Origin: Octopus sinensis
Taxonomy: Eukaryota
Assembly (NCBI RefSeq): GCF_006345805.1
Contig: NC_043004.1
Coordinates: forward strand, 79,050,001-79,114,000
Reading direction: 5' to 3'
Length of the DNA stretch: 64,000 nt
A program made the translations under genes and the position numbers. A model generated the notes under the pieces. That model did not search any database. It saw only the letters and a list, made by a program, of their open reading frames with translations, and was not told the DNA's origin. Numbering within the stretch: position 1 is the stretch's first letter; the number at the start of each line of letters is the position of its first letter. Positions 25,806 through 38,533 of this stretch are shown here, piece after piece.

Positions 25806-26036
25806 GGCGTCACGCTGGCAGAATCGTCAGCATGCCGGGCGAAATGCTTAGCGGTATTTCGTCCGCCGCTACGCTCTGAGTTCAAATTCCCCCGAGGTCG
25901 ACTTTGCCTTTCATCCTTTCGGGGGCGATAAATTAAGTACCAGTTACGCACTGGGGTCGATGTAATCGACTTAATCCCTTTGTCTGTCCTTGTTCGTCCC
26001 CTCTATGTTTAGCCCCTTGTGGGCAGTAAAGAAATA
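25806..26036 (+). mobile_element. SINE family A, full monomer
   Basis: Head ...ctggcagaatcgtcagc...gagttcaaattcc, central gtcgactttgcctttcatcctttcgggggcgataaattaagtaccag, tail gtaaagaaata. Confidence 0.92.
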
Positions 26037-26145
26037 ATATATATATAGTCAATTCAAATAAACGAACAGTAAGAATAACGATAACAAACAACAAGGAGAT
26101 GTGCGCATGGAATATATTAGTTTCACGCTCAGTAAAGAGAGAGTT

Positions 26146-26178
26146 TTTGATGTTTCGAGCATAGCTCTTCGTCGGAAA
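26146..26178 (-). ncRNA. Minimal hammerhead-like motif (degenerate)
   Basis: Minus strand reads UUU-CCGACGA-A-GAGC-UAU-GCUC-GAAA-CA-UC^AAA. Confidence 0.45.
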
Positions 26179-26343
26179 GGAAAAAGGGAAAAGTCCAAAG
26201 AAGTGGGGAAAATCACCAACAGCACGTGTGTAGCATCTAATTCTAAGAGAGGACTTATTCTAAGAGAAGATGTATGCATGTAATTCCAGTTATCCGGTTT
26301 GCAACTGTATAGAAATGATGACAATGGTGTTTTTATATTCCAG

Positions 26344-26406
26344 GGTGAACCCGGAGCAGTCGGTCCACGTGGAGAAAGGGGCCAGTTTGGTCAGAAAGGT
26401 GAACCG
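26344..26406 (+). CDS. Collagen exon GEPGAVGPRGERGQFGQKGEP
   Basis: tatattccag|GGT...CCG|gtaaga; 63 nt. Confidence 0.95.
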
Positions 26407-27712
26407 GTAAGATTTGCTCACATGAGTATTAAATTATGTGTTATATTTATATAGAATATTCTTATAAATCAAAATAAGAATATATATTATTCGTGAGATT
26501 TGTAATATAATTAAATAGTTACAACTTGCATCCTCGTGTTTATATTATTTATGTATATATACAAATAGTTATATTATTGTATAAAACATGTTCTAATACG
26601 TTTGATTATAATCATCTGTGATATGACCTAACACTGCAAGAATAGTCCCGGGAGAATGTTCTCAACCTAGACTTGTGAAAATACACATTTTATTTTCGGC
26701 TGTGGGTGACGTCATTAGATCTCAGGACGCATGTGTTTCAGCGTTTTTCCGCTTGGTCAGTTACGAAAACCAACTTGATCGCCTACAAAACCAGTCAGTA
26801 TGAGAGCAAAATGTGGGAACACGAGAAATATATTTATAAACAAATTCACATCCAAACTCATTTACACATGTGTTCTTATGTGCTGTTGTTCCCGTTGTTG
26901 ATGTTGTTGTTAGACGTCAATTTAGTCGCTATTGATCAAGCAGAGCAATGATCGTAGGCATTCAAACCATAACCATCTGGTTGTTTAATTTTCAGTAATA
27001 GTGTACTAAGTCACTGTGTCGATTTTTTTAGCCATAGACTCCAATGGCGAGATAGATCAATGTGCATAACACTCAATCACTGAGAGACTTATCACAAACA
27101 CACACACACACACCTATACCCACACATACACACAAGCAAACACATATATACGAACACACACACACTCATACAAATATGAATTCATTAGTGCTCTCTTGAT
27201 TGTGAGATATATATCCTCTCAAAAGGAATGGCAAAACACACATAGACGCAATCACTCATACACAGTCACATATACGCACTCACACGCAGAAACATATACA
27301 TATATACACTCATGCTGACAAATTTTTTATATTTTCGCTGCTTCCAGACACTGAGCTGCCACTGTGCTGCCACTGTGCTGGGTTACCGCCTTCTATGTTT
27401 ACGTAATAATACACACTGGTAAAAAGCCTAAACCACACATTCTTTTTTTTTTCCCAAATAGTCGCCCTATGTGTATTCATATATATATATATAACAGAAA
27501 TTACGAGTGAACGGAAATACACCAATATTGAAATTCAAGCAATGACCTTTGTAGGAGTATAAAAACGTCCTCGGCATTTTCTGTTGACTAAGCACGTTTA
27601 GTGCTTGCGATCCGCAAGTCTCATTAAGTTACACACCATTACAGCTTCCAAAGCTAAATGATCAAAGTGACGCAACAAGTACAAACTGTAATGTCATGAG
27701 AAAGAGGAGAAG

Positions 27713-27745
27713 TTTAACGTTTCCGGCAGAAGCGTTCGTCAGAAA
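27713..27745 (-). ncRNA. Minimal hammerhead-like motif (stem II degenerate)
   Basis: Minus strand reads UUU-CUGACGA-ACGCUUCUGCCG-GAAA-CG-UU^AAA. Confidence 0.4.
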
Positions 27746-28936
27746 GAGATGAGTTATTTAATAGGGATGCGGGAGTTGTAAGTGGTGGTGGTCGTGGGGT
27801 TTATTATAACAGTGAAGAACGAGGCGGGGAGAATGAGAAGTATGGAAAAAAAAGGAGTAAGTATTAGTGGAAGAAAACAATGGTCAACAAAGTGGTAAAA
27901 AATAAAAGGAAATTTAGAAACATTTTAACGCTGTGGAAGATAACTATACACATACATACCGAACTACACATGTGTGTGCGCGTATGTGTGTATATATCTG
28001 TGTATAGTACCACACGACCATGTATATGCACATGCGTATAGATAGAATTTCTCATACGTGGATATATATAAACATATACAAACGCATGTGTGTTGGCTCA
28101 AACCTTGTTTCACTCTGATACCCGTGTGAAGTACTATTATACTATTATATTATTAAACATGACCTGAAAACGTAACTAATCAGGAGGTCACCTCGGCAGA
28201 AACTGCCAAAAACAGCAGCCAAATCTCAAATTTAAACCTAATATCTTATAAAAATGGGAAGAATATATTCGATAATGTAGTAGAAGATATCCTTAGAAAT
28301 GGGAATAGCTATAACTGGAATGGTATTGATCGCTGAAGTTCTTAACCAGAGTCGGCCAAGAGCTAAACAACAGCAATAACTGTTGCAAAATGGCGGTTTC
28401 TTTCCTAACAAACAATAGGGTTAAACTAAACGAGTTTTTAAATAATTGAAAGAATATTTTCATTTGTAAACTCATGGAACTCAAATTCATCCGTTGGAAA
28501 AGGTCCTAAAAGTGCAATAAACTTCACATTATTGTGAGGTGATTCATGCTTCTTTCTCGCTGATTACTTTTCTTACATTCAACTTCAAAGCCATAACTCA
28601 TCAATCAGATTGAAATCCCTTGCTAATGTATCTCATTAGCGTTAATTAGTCCGTTGATTACTTTTCCAATCCAGGGAGAATGAAGGATACTTCGAATAAC
28701 TTCCTGATAACATCAATTCCGAAACCTTTTTACGTGCAGATACAAAAAAATGTTATTAAATATTTATGAAATATCGTTGGATTTCAGCCTAATGATTCTC
28801 TGATTAAGGCAGAAGACCGAAATCTTCAGTTTAATACATGAAGATTAAGTTACCATTCTCGTTGTAGAGCTTTTTTTCCAATTTATACACAATTTGATGT
28901 ATTTAATAATCCTATGATTCTAATGTTTCTTTTCAG

Positions 28937-28996
28937 GGTGGTGGACCATCAAGTTCTTCGGGTATTCCAGGTAGAGATGGGACTGATGGAAAAGAT
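28937..28996 (+). CDS. Collagen exon with interruption [20 protein letters not shown]
   Basis: tttcttttcag|GGT...GAT|gtgagt; 60 nt; PSSSS break followed by four triplets. Confidence 0.9.
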
Positions 28997-29037
28997 GTGA
29001 GTTCATTTTATATATATATATATATGTGTGTGTGTGT

Positions 29038-29087
<50 letters not shown>

Positions 29088-29139
29088 GTATGTATGTACG
29101 TATGTATGTATGTATGTATATATATATATGTATGTATGC

Positions 29140-29205
<66 letters not shown>

Positions 29206-29749
29206 GTTTGTGTGTATGTATGTGTGTGTGTATTCTGCTGTTTTTTGGCTTTAAATAAATCAATGAAATGATCCTTTAAAAATGCATTTTGTAATGGGTG
29301 ACCGCGTGTATCGTTTATTTTTGCTTTAACGTTCATTCTTATAACGTAGACATTAATAAAATAAATAATAGTCTCTTAAGTAAGATAAATTCTCGGCCAA
29401 TCACTTCGCTGGTTTATTTCCCTTTCATCGATGTACTCACGTGTAACAGCAACGTCTGCGATGATACTGGAGTCAAGCTGCAACAGCCCAAGCCAGTGTC
29501 TTTTTCCTTGGATAAACATCAATAGCGTGGAGAGGTGGTACTTGAACGTATGAATACCCGTTAGTCTTCTTCAAGAAAATCTGCTAAATCCCGTGCATAC
29601 ATGACCAACAGATGCCCTATAAGTTTTTTACATTATATATTAGAAATGCTTTAAATACAAGTGTAATTTTATGAATATCGAATGAAAGTTGTTTATGCTA
29701 TTAATGTCTAATTGCGAAAATAATTTAACGTGTTTTTACTTACTTTTAG

Positions 29750-29794
29750 GGTCTTCCTGGACAACCTGGACCTCCTGGAGATAAAGGAGAGAAA
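29750..29794 (+). CDS. Collagen exon GLPGQPGPPGDKGEK
   Basis: tacttttag|GGT...AAA|gtaagt; 45 nt. Confidence 0.95.
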
Positions 29795-30354
29795 GTAAGT
29801 TTTCCTACAGAAAATTGGCGGGATATGTTTTTCATTATTTTTAGCGATTTTCCAACACTCATCTATTTCCTCTCATAGTGTGCGTAGTCATTAATTATAT
29901 TTTTTATATCGCAAGATGCGAATAATATTAGTGAACATGTGTACCTGTTCACAGATTCATTGCCGGACAACCAAAAATAGACGAGTAACCAGGAAGTGTC
30001 AGTAAGTCAGTGTAAAACAAATATAAGAATGGACATTACTTGAAGAACTCACCATTTACCACTCGCTTGTCTTGCTGTTGTATTTGTACATTATGCACAA
30101 ATGTATGCGGACACACATAAATAAATACTTACACAGACACAGGCATACGTGTTTCTGCGTGGCAGTGTAACTCTGACGAGGAGGCTGTACCTTTCAATTA
30201 CAAATACAATCCGCCCAACGAGATTCTGTACAGTTTCCATCGATCCAATTTCATTTACGAGTTAACCTGAGGGTATAGAAACATTTGCCCAAGATGTCAA
30301 GTAGCGAGGATCGAACCTGCGCACTCGCAGTCGCAAAGCGCATATACATGCATG

Positions 30355-30390
<36 letters not shown>

Positions 30391-30799
30391 CGTACATACA
30401 TACATAATATATACATACGTGTAAGTACATACACACACACATATATATATGTATACATACAATCATACATGCATACATACATACATACATACATACATAC
30501 ATACATACATACATACATACATACTTGCATACATGCACACACATACATACATACATACATGCACACATACATACATATATACATACATACATACATACAT
30601 ACATGCATACATTCATACATACATGCATACATTCATACATACATACATATACACACATACGTTTATACGTACAGAGATTATACATACACATACATATATA
30701 TACACGTATATACGATAATGGCAAACGGTGAAGCAAGAACGCGTGATTGACATTGCATTTAGCGGAATAAATGTATTTGCCGATTAACAAAGCTGTCAG

Positions 30800-32330
30800 T
30801 GGTTTCGTGCGAAAAATTCTGCAATTTTCAGATGTTCTACCTTAGAATATTGGTCATCCGTTTTCATATTGGATGAGGATACGAGGGGCGTTCAATAAGT
30901 AATGCCCCTGACCCACTTCCCATAGCAGTAGAGCAACGACACTTGGCACAGTTATTAGTCTTTTCCTACATAGGAACTACCCAGAGTTATGCATTTCTCC
31001 CATCGTTTGATACACCTCTGGAGACCGTTTTTGTAGAAGACCCCAGCTTGGTCCTCCAACCACGACGTGACTTCAGAAATCAAGGCTGCATCATCTGGGA
31101 AACGCTTTCCTTTCAAAATCAACTTCATGGCTGGGAAGAGGTGAAAATCAGAGGGTGCAAGGGGAGGAGTTCATAGCTGCACGCCTGTGCTTCTGATCTG
31201 GCGACACGCGAGTTGTGGACTGGAGCGTTGTCCTGCAGGAGGAGGATGCCTTTGCTGATCTTGCCCCGCCTCTTGATTTTGATAGCTTCTCTTAATTTCC
31301 TCAAAAGTGAAGCATAATAGGCTCCTGTAATTGTGGTGCCCTTTGCCAGGAAATCTGTCATCACTACTCCGTCCTGGTCCCAGAAGACTGTGAGCATGAC
31401 CTTGTCAGCGGAGGGCTGCACCCTTGCCTTCTTTGGAGGAGGTGAGTCACGGTGCTTTCACTGCATTGACTGGGATTTGGTCTATGGATCATAGTGATGG
31501 ACCCAGGTTTTATCCTGTGTGATCAGTCTTTTGAAAAATTTTGACTCATCTTCTTGGCACATCTCCAAATTCATCCTCGAGCACTCAACGCGTTCTTGCT
31601 TCTGGAAAGGTGTGAGCAACCTGGAAATCCATCTGGCAGACACCTTTTGCATATGCAAATGGTCATGAATAATAGTTTCCACAGATCCGGTACTAATCTT
31701 GACCTCATGGGCTATTTGGCGAATAGTTATGCGTTGACCTTCCAAAATGGCAGCCTCAACTTGACGGACAGACGTCTCATCAACGGCAGAAGGGGGCGAC
31801 CAGATCTGGGAGCTGTTTCCACAGAGTTCCGACTATGTTTGAATTCACAATGCCAGCGTTTTACAAGGCCATATGATGGGGCATCATCACCATAAGTTAC
31901 TTTCATTTCATCAAAAGTCTCCCGTGGTGTGCGTCCTTTCAAATACAAAAACCAGATCACTGCTCGACACTCAACAGGCTCCATTTCACACTTGACTCAG
32001 TTCAAACACCTGTAAATCAGAAACCACAATTACTTCAGAGCTGTAATTTGCCACTTAATCTATAGAGGTATAAATAAGTGCACATACAAAATTTCAGCTA
32101 GATCAAACAACTGCAAGTGGGTCAGGGGCATTACTTATTGAACGCCCCTCGTACATGAGATTACATGAAATTTTACGGGACTTCTAACATTATTTTGGTA
32201 ACTAGATACAACGTTCGACATCCCGTTAAATCTCGTGTAATCTCGCGTAGCCTCATCGAACAAAGATACGGCTTATCAACATTTTTTCAGTAGTAAGTTT
32301 GAAAATTGCGGAATTTTCCGCACGAAACCA
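30800..32330. mobile_element. Palindromic MITE split by the mariner insertion at 30882-32151
   Basis: tggtttcgtgcgaaaaattctgcaattttca at the left end matches the reverse complement of the right end. Removing the mariner leaves an imperfect hairpin of about 260 bp. Confidence 0.75.
30882..32151 (-). mobile_element. Mariner (same family as 13389-14678), 1270 bp, defective
   Basis: Perfect 37-bp TIRs with TA TSD; ATG at 31984 (MEPVECRAVI...). A deletion of about 20 bp lies at the HPPY.PDL motif just before the third catalytic D. Confidence 0.95.
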
Positions 32331-32740
32331 ATAGTGACGAACTTTCGCTCATTTTCTATCGCCGAAAATCTACGCACAAGGTCACCACAAGCTACTGATC
32401 AGGTTGAAGTATATGATAAAGAGCTTTATTCACCCAATAAGCTGCGCATAATCACGTGGTTATGAAGCTATTTTTTTAACCAAACAGTAATCTATGTTTC
32501 GTTTCTGTATTTGGTTTGCAAGATTCTTTATGTGAATTCGTGTGTTGAAGTATATTTTATTGTGTCTTCGGAGAGTCATTCTATTTTAGAGCCTTATTAC
32601 TTAACACACTCACCGGTAAAATTTCCACTCATTTACTTACTTTTTTCTAAAAATTTCGTTGACTATTGAAGAGTTTGCAAGACGCAACAAAAATTACTAT
32701 TTTTAAATCTCACAACGAGAGATATTCAGCAACAGTACTT

Positions 32741-33050
32741 TGGAGTAAAGATTGTTTGCAAACATAACATGGCAGTCCTGGTTTAGGACGAATGTTGCTG
32801 TAATTTAGCCCCAGGAGACATCGTCTCCAGCTGGCTATACGACACGATCTGTGTCCTTGTAATTTCGAACAAGAGAATCTAGATATTATTTTGAGCTGAG
32901 TGGTGGTGCTAGATTCACTTGTTTGAAAATATAAGGACACAAATCGTGTCGTACAGCCAGCTGGAGACGATGTCTCCTGGAGCTAAATTACAGCAACATT
33001 CGTCCTAAATCAGGACTGCCATGTTATGTTGGCAAACAATCTTTACTCCA
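32741..33050. mobile_element. 310-bp palindromic MITE-like element
   Basis: Arms tggagtaaagattgtttgcaaacataacatggcagtcctgg... and ...ggcaaacaatctttactcca are near-perfect inverted repeats over more than 100 bp. Confidence 0.9.
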
Positions 33051-33067
33051 TGCATCTTTACTCTCTC

Positions 33068-33592
33068 TCACTAGCTGAGTTCGCTCTGTTGAAAGCATTT
33101 GGAACAAAGTACCAGTTCCTTCTTTGGACATGGTTTTCCTTCAGATATTAAGCTGCAGTTGTTTTCCCAGGTAATACACTATCCGCATTAAATGCAACGA
33201 AAAGTTTTGAAAAGATAAACAATGGAGTGGAAATCGAACCGGTGAGTGTGTTAAGTAATAAGACACTAAAAGAGAATGACTCTCTCCAGACACAATAAAG
33301 TAAATTATGTGTTCTGTATATAACTATATAAACATACTTTCAATTTTCTTTTATGAATTGTAGGGAACCAACGGACGAAGAGGGTATGGTGGACAGAGGG
33401 GATTCCGAGGATTGCCAGTAAGTTGTTTATCTAATATATAATAAATCAACATTATACTTATGTTTACTGAAAATGGCCAGCTGGGATTTAGTTATGCTGG
33501 GTTTGTCGGTTCGATTCCAGTGACGTGAGTTCTTGTGCAAGGTATTTCATTTCACGTTACTCCAATTTACTCATCGAGTGCTGCTGATAAAG

Positions 33593-33623
<31 letters not shown>

Positions 33624-33677
33624 CCTCTCTCTATCTCTGTCTCTGTCTCTCTCAGAATTTCTCTCATTCTCTCGCTT

Positions 33678-33765
<88 letters not shown>

Positions 33766-34297
33766 CTCTAAGGTGGCGAGCTGGCAGAATCGTTAGCGCG
33801 CCGGACAAAATGCTTTAGCGGCATTTCGTCTCTCTCCACGTTCTGAGTTCATATTCCGCCGAGATCGAAAAAATAAGCACTAGTTGAGCACGCTCTGGGA
33901 TCGATGTAATTTCATGCCTTGTACCTTCACTAGAAATGAATTAATAAACTAACAGTAACGTTATATACAGTAGGTATATATTCGGACTCTCTATGAGGGT
34001 TAATTGATTGGCTAGAAATAGCAACCATATTACACCTACCATCTTAAGTAAGAGGAGACAAAATCATTGAATATTGTAGCCCAACGTACTCCCGAACTAG
34101 ACGGGATGATCGCATCAAGAGTGTCTTTGAACGTAGGCCTGCTGCTTTTATGTTGATCTTGGGTTAGACGATATCACTAACTGAGTTCTCTCTGTTGAAG
34201 GCATTTAGAACAAAGCACCAGTTCCTTCTCTGGGCATGGTTTTACTTCAGATATTAAGCTTCAGTTGTTTTCCCAGGTAATACACTATCCGCATTAA
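33068..34297 (+). repeat. About 124-bp direct repeats (33068-33191 and 34174-34297) flanking exon 33364-33417
   Basis: tcacta(g/a)ctgagttc(g/t)ctctgttgaa...gttttcccaggtaatacactatccgcattaa is present twice. Confidence 0.9.
33364..33417 (+). CDS. Collagen exon GTNGRRGYGGQRGFRGLP
   Basis: gaattgtag|GGA...CCA|gtaagt; 54 nt. Confidence 0.94.
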
Positions 34298-34491
34298 TCT
34301 CACCATCCTAGAACGGATTAAACAATGTAGAAAGACTAGCTTTTCTTCTTGAGAGTATCTTAAACAAATGTTATAATTTGTGTCTCTTCATTATTTTCAC
34401 TTTGGTATTTACAATATTCCTTAATATAAAATTTTTAAAAAATCAGATCCTTATCAGCACCAAACCTTTTAAAATGTCTTCATGTTTTTAG

Positions 34492-34554
34492 GGTACTGCT
34501 GGACAGAAAGGTGAGCCAGGAAGAGACGGCAAAGATGGAAAAGACGGTGTACCG
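34492..34554 (+). CDS. Collagen exon GTAGQKGEPGRDGKDGKDGVP
   Basis: atgtttttag|GGT...CCG|gtatgg; 63 nt. Confidence 0.95.
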
Positions 34555-34720
34555 GTATGGAACCTTTTTTCTTATTCTTATCATTCAGCTAAATCATTGC
34601 CTATTCATATATATATATAAAACATATCAAAGGGAAATGGAAAATTAATTAAAATTTTCACCTCCAGTGGCCTAACGTTTAAAAATTTAGTCCCGAAAGA
34701 CTATGAATTAGTCATAATAT

Positions 34721-34935
34721 ATAGTGTACATTTAAACACATAAGGAATCCACTCGTGGAACTTAACACGTTAAAAAGAACAGCTAGGTTCTATATCACAA
34801 AAATTAGGGATAAAATTCGGCAGGAAATATTTTGTTCCTGTCGAATTTTATCCATAATTTTTGTGGTTATGGAACCTAGCTGTTCTTGCTAACGTGTTGA
34901 ATTCCACGAATGGATTCCTTATGTGTTTAAATGTA

Positions 34936-34942
<7 letters not shown>
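34721..34942. mobile_element. About 220-bp hairpin MITE with TA flanks
   Basis: atagtgtacatttaaacacataaggaatcc... / ...ggattccttatgtgtttaaatgtacactat; the arms pair almost to the centre. Confidence 0.9.
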
Positions 34943-35001
<59 letters not shown>

Positions 35002-35215
35002 TATGAAAGTAAATATCCAAAATTGGTTAAGAGGCTTATGTAATCCTAGCGGGTACTGTGCTCGCTCTCGCTCTTATCGGTTAACAATGCTGGCTAACCT
35101 CAGTGAACTACAGTTAGTTGAATTTACTATACTCGGTTAATCCTTACTTCGGTAAATCTAAATGTCCTTATAAATACTGAATAGTGTCGGTAGAGAAGAA
35201 ATAATAAATTAATAA

Positions 35216-35271
<56 letters not shown>

Positions 35272-35567
35272 GTAGCTCTAGTATAATAAATACTATTAAC
35301 CACATATACCTAACGTAATGCTTTGGGTATTTTCCGGTGGCTGCAATAGCGTGGTGGAGTATATACACTCTCAAAGAGCCGGGTGTTAAATACCGCGGAG
35401 CCATGGACAGGTGAGGTAACTCACATTCAATCCTATTTCGGAGTGATGGACACCGATTTTCGCCATTTTTGAGCTTGTACATTTATATATGTGCAGTTTT
35501 GCATACCAGTATCTACACCCAAATATAAGACTAAGAAAATATTATATTTGGAGCTAGCATGTGTGTG

Positions 35568-35616
<49 letters not shown>

Positions 35617-35987
35617 ATATATATGTGTGTGTGCCTGTGTTTGCATGTACTTTTATCACATTATTGCATACAAGAATACCCTTATGGTTGGAAAGGTAGG
35701 TGAGAACTTAGATTCTAAGTTCTGAGATGTTTCTAGATGGCGTTACTCAAAGCAAATGATCTTCAAGCGATATGCGCTTGGCATAAGATTAAGATGTGTG
35801 TGTGTTTTCTTTCCTTTTTTTTTTTTGTTTGATTACTTCCATCATCGAAAATGCTTTCATTTTCAAATGCTGCCTTTCCCAGATCGATTTTGCCAGCGAA
35901 AGTGCTTTTCTTTTTTTTTTTTTGTAAATCAAATTTAAGTTTTCAACTATTTACCATAATAATCTCACATTTTAAATTATTTTTCAG

Positions 35988-36014
35988 GGAATTGGCGGCG
36001 GTGATGCCGTTCCG
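35988..36014 (+). CDS. 27-nt collagen microexon GIGGGDAVP (contains interruption)
   Basis: attatttttcag|GGA ATT GGC GGC GGT GAT GCC GTT CCG|gtaagt; strong splice sites, phase 0, GC-rich island in an AT-rich intron. Confidence 0.82.
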
Positions 36015-37625
36015 GTAAGTTTTATTCATTCAAAATTGGTGTTTAATGAATACTTAAACATAGGAATTCCAGCGAAAGTATTCAAGAGATTTAAATGAAA
36101 ATAAACATGTCAAAATTCCAAGCCAAAACATTTCCGTTTTGTAATGTAAAGTCTTGTAGAAATAAATCCGTAACTATTTCGATTCATTTACAATGTCTAC
36201 ACTCTTGAAAAATTACGATTGCTACGAAGCCGTTTAACATAATGAACAAGTGATGGGGTGTGAAATTTAATATCTCTGGTTGGTGAAGCAGTGTCCTTGT
36301 TGGGACTTCTCCAGAAATATGGGTCGCTTATTTATAATATCTATATCATAATTAGCTTTACAGCTTACGGATTTGTCAGGAGCTTAAAACTTGATAGGAT
36401 GACATACCCTATGATGGTAGCATGCTTTCATCTGTGATGATGAATTGTGTCTCACTAAATGAAGGCTCAAGTGGTTAAAGTGTTGCACTCTGAGAGGGCG
36501 GTGCGTTGTGTTATTTTGAGCAAAATACTTCGTTTCACGTTGCTCTAACTCATTCAGTTTTCAATGAATTCCAGAAAAGCTGTGAAGTTAACCCTGCGAA
36601 GGACTGGCATCCCGTTCAGGGGAGGTGTGATTATCTCAGTCGCTTATACGCCATGGAAGTTAAGCATCGTCTTTGGGTTAATGACAGACCTATGTATATT
36701 ATTTTGTGTTAAAGAAGAAAAATATCTAAATAGGAATTTGAATTAGAGATCTCGAAGCAGAATTAAATTTGAATTAACAGGACTATCAAAGTTTCAGAAA
36801 ATTGCAACCGACGACGAAATGTTGTCATTTATAAATTCCAACAGGAAACAAGCAATTAAAGATACAACAAACAACATTTACTGAGTAAGTGCTAAAGACT
36901 GACCATGGAGGCATTTCCTTTAAAATGCTGACTAAAGGAATGCCATTCAAACTATGTCGTTTAATAACTGAAAAATATGAAAGCAGTGGACTGCAGTGAG
37001 TTATAAATATTTTTGTAAAATGCACTAAGAAGGAAGAACCTGAATGATATTAAACCTCAAAAGGACGTGTGGAATTTCACTTTACACCATAGCAATAAGT
37101 TAAATGAGCGTGACTAACTGATTAATTGAAGGTTGATGACGTTAGTTCGCTTTCCAGATGCATCAGGGCAATATGATACGAACCAAAGCGATATTTCGTG
37201 CAAATAATATAGAAATATCAAAATTCTTGGAAGAAAAAGAAACAACATTTAATCCCCTGTTTTTCGGAATATTTGCGTTCTACAAACTGGGCTTTCTTCG
37301 CAAGTTTATTTTGCTGCTATTGTTTGTTTGTTGAGCGAAGCGGTCTTCATCCCATTAGTGGGAGAGGTCCAAAACGTGGTCCTTTGCTATTCGTAAGACC
37401 CGCAGAAGAGAAAGCAGGTCAACCCCCGACACCGTGAGCATCGACGGATGGATGAATGCGCATCCAGGCTCAGCGGTTGCGTAGGAAGTCGGGGACAAGA
37501 AACAGGAAGAAAGAGTGAGAGAAAGTTGGAGTGCTGCTGTTGTCCATGTTGTGTTAAAACATATCAGATTACATTGTTAAAATATACTATAAAGATAATA
37601 ATTGCAAAGCAGTGGTATTTATAGT

Positions 37626-37657
<32 letters not shown>

Positions 37658-37895
37658 TAGTAGTAGTTTACGTGTTGGACAAGCAGGTTGCAGTTGTTAA
37701 GGAAATAAATAATTCAGATACGCCATCTGTATAAAATAAAACAATAAGCTCAGGCGCGGTTGTGGTCAAACCATGTGGGCTTAGGTTCAGTCTGACTGCG
37801 TGGTACTACTTTGGTTAAGTAACTTCTACTGTTATCCCGGGCCGACCAATGCTTTCGGCGTTCTGAGAAACTGAAAGAACCTTGTTGTATATATT

Positions 37896-38172
37896 ACCGT
37901 GACCGACCAGGCTATCAGATGTTGCTACACATCGCTGGTCACAATGCGCTTCGCATTGTTTTAACCTTCAATTGACGCCATCCTACTGGCTAAGCTCGCA
38001 TGTCAACAGAAGAAAGAGTGAGAGCAAGTCGTGGCGCAAGAGTACAGCAGGGATCGTGGAGCTTTTAGGTGTTTTCGCTCAGTAATCACTCACAATGCTC
38101 GGTCTGGGAATCGAAACCGCGATCCTACGACCGCGAATCCGCTGCCCTAACCGCTGGGCCATTGCGCCTCCA
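37896..38172 (-). mobile_element. tRNA-derived SINE family B with RTE-LINE-like tail
   Basis: Minus-strand head ggaggcgcaatggcccagcggttagggcagc...ggtttcgattccc; tail cattgtgaccagcgatgtgtagcaacatctgatagcctggtcggtcac. The same tail occurs at about 10870-10978. Confidence 0.85.
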
Positions 38173-38179
38173 CCTGTTG

Positions 38180-38222
<43 letters not shown>

Positions 38223-38533
38223 ATGGATGGGTGTTTATGTTTATGATTGTCCCACACCCCACTTCCCCAGCGGCTAACAACCAGTGACTGTTTACATCCC
38301 AGTAACTTAGCGGTTCGATAAAAGAAACCGAGAGAATAAGTAGCAGACTTAAAAATAAATCTTGTAGATTTGTTCTACTAAACACTTTAGAGCGCTGCTC
38401 CAGCATGGCTGCAGTCCAGTGACTGAAACAATTGAAAGTGATGTTAAAATTTCTCCGTTTCCACGTCGCTTTATGTCAGTGTCTTGTTTTTTCTCTCTAT
38501 CTCCTTGTCTCGTTTACATCATATTTAAAACGT

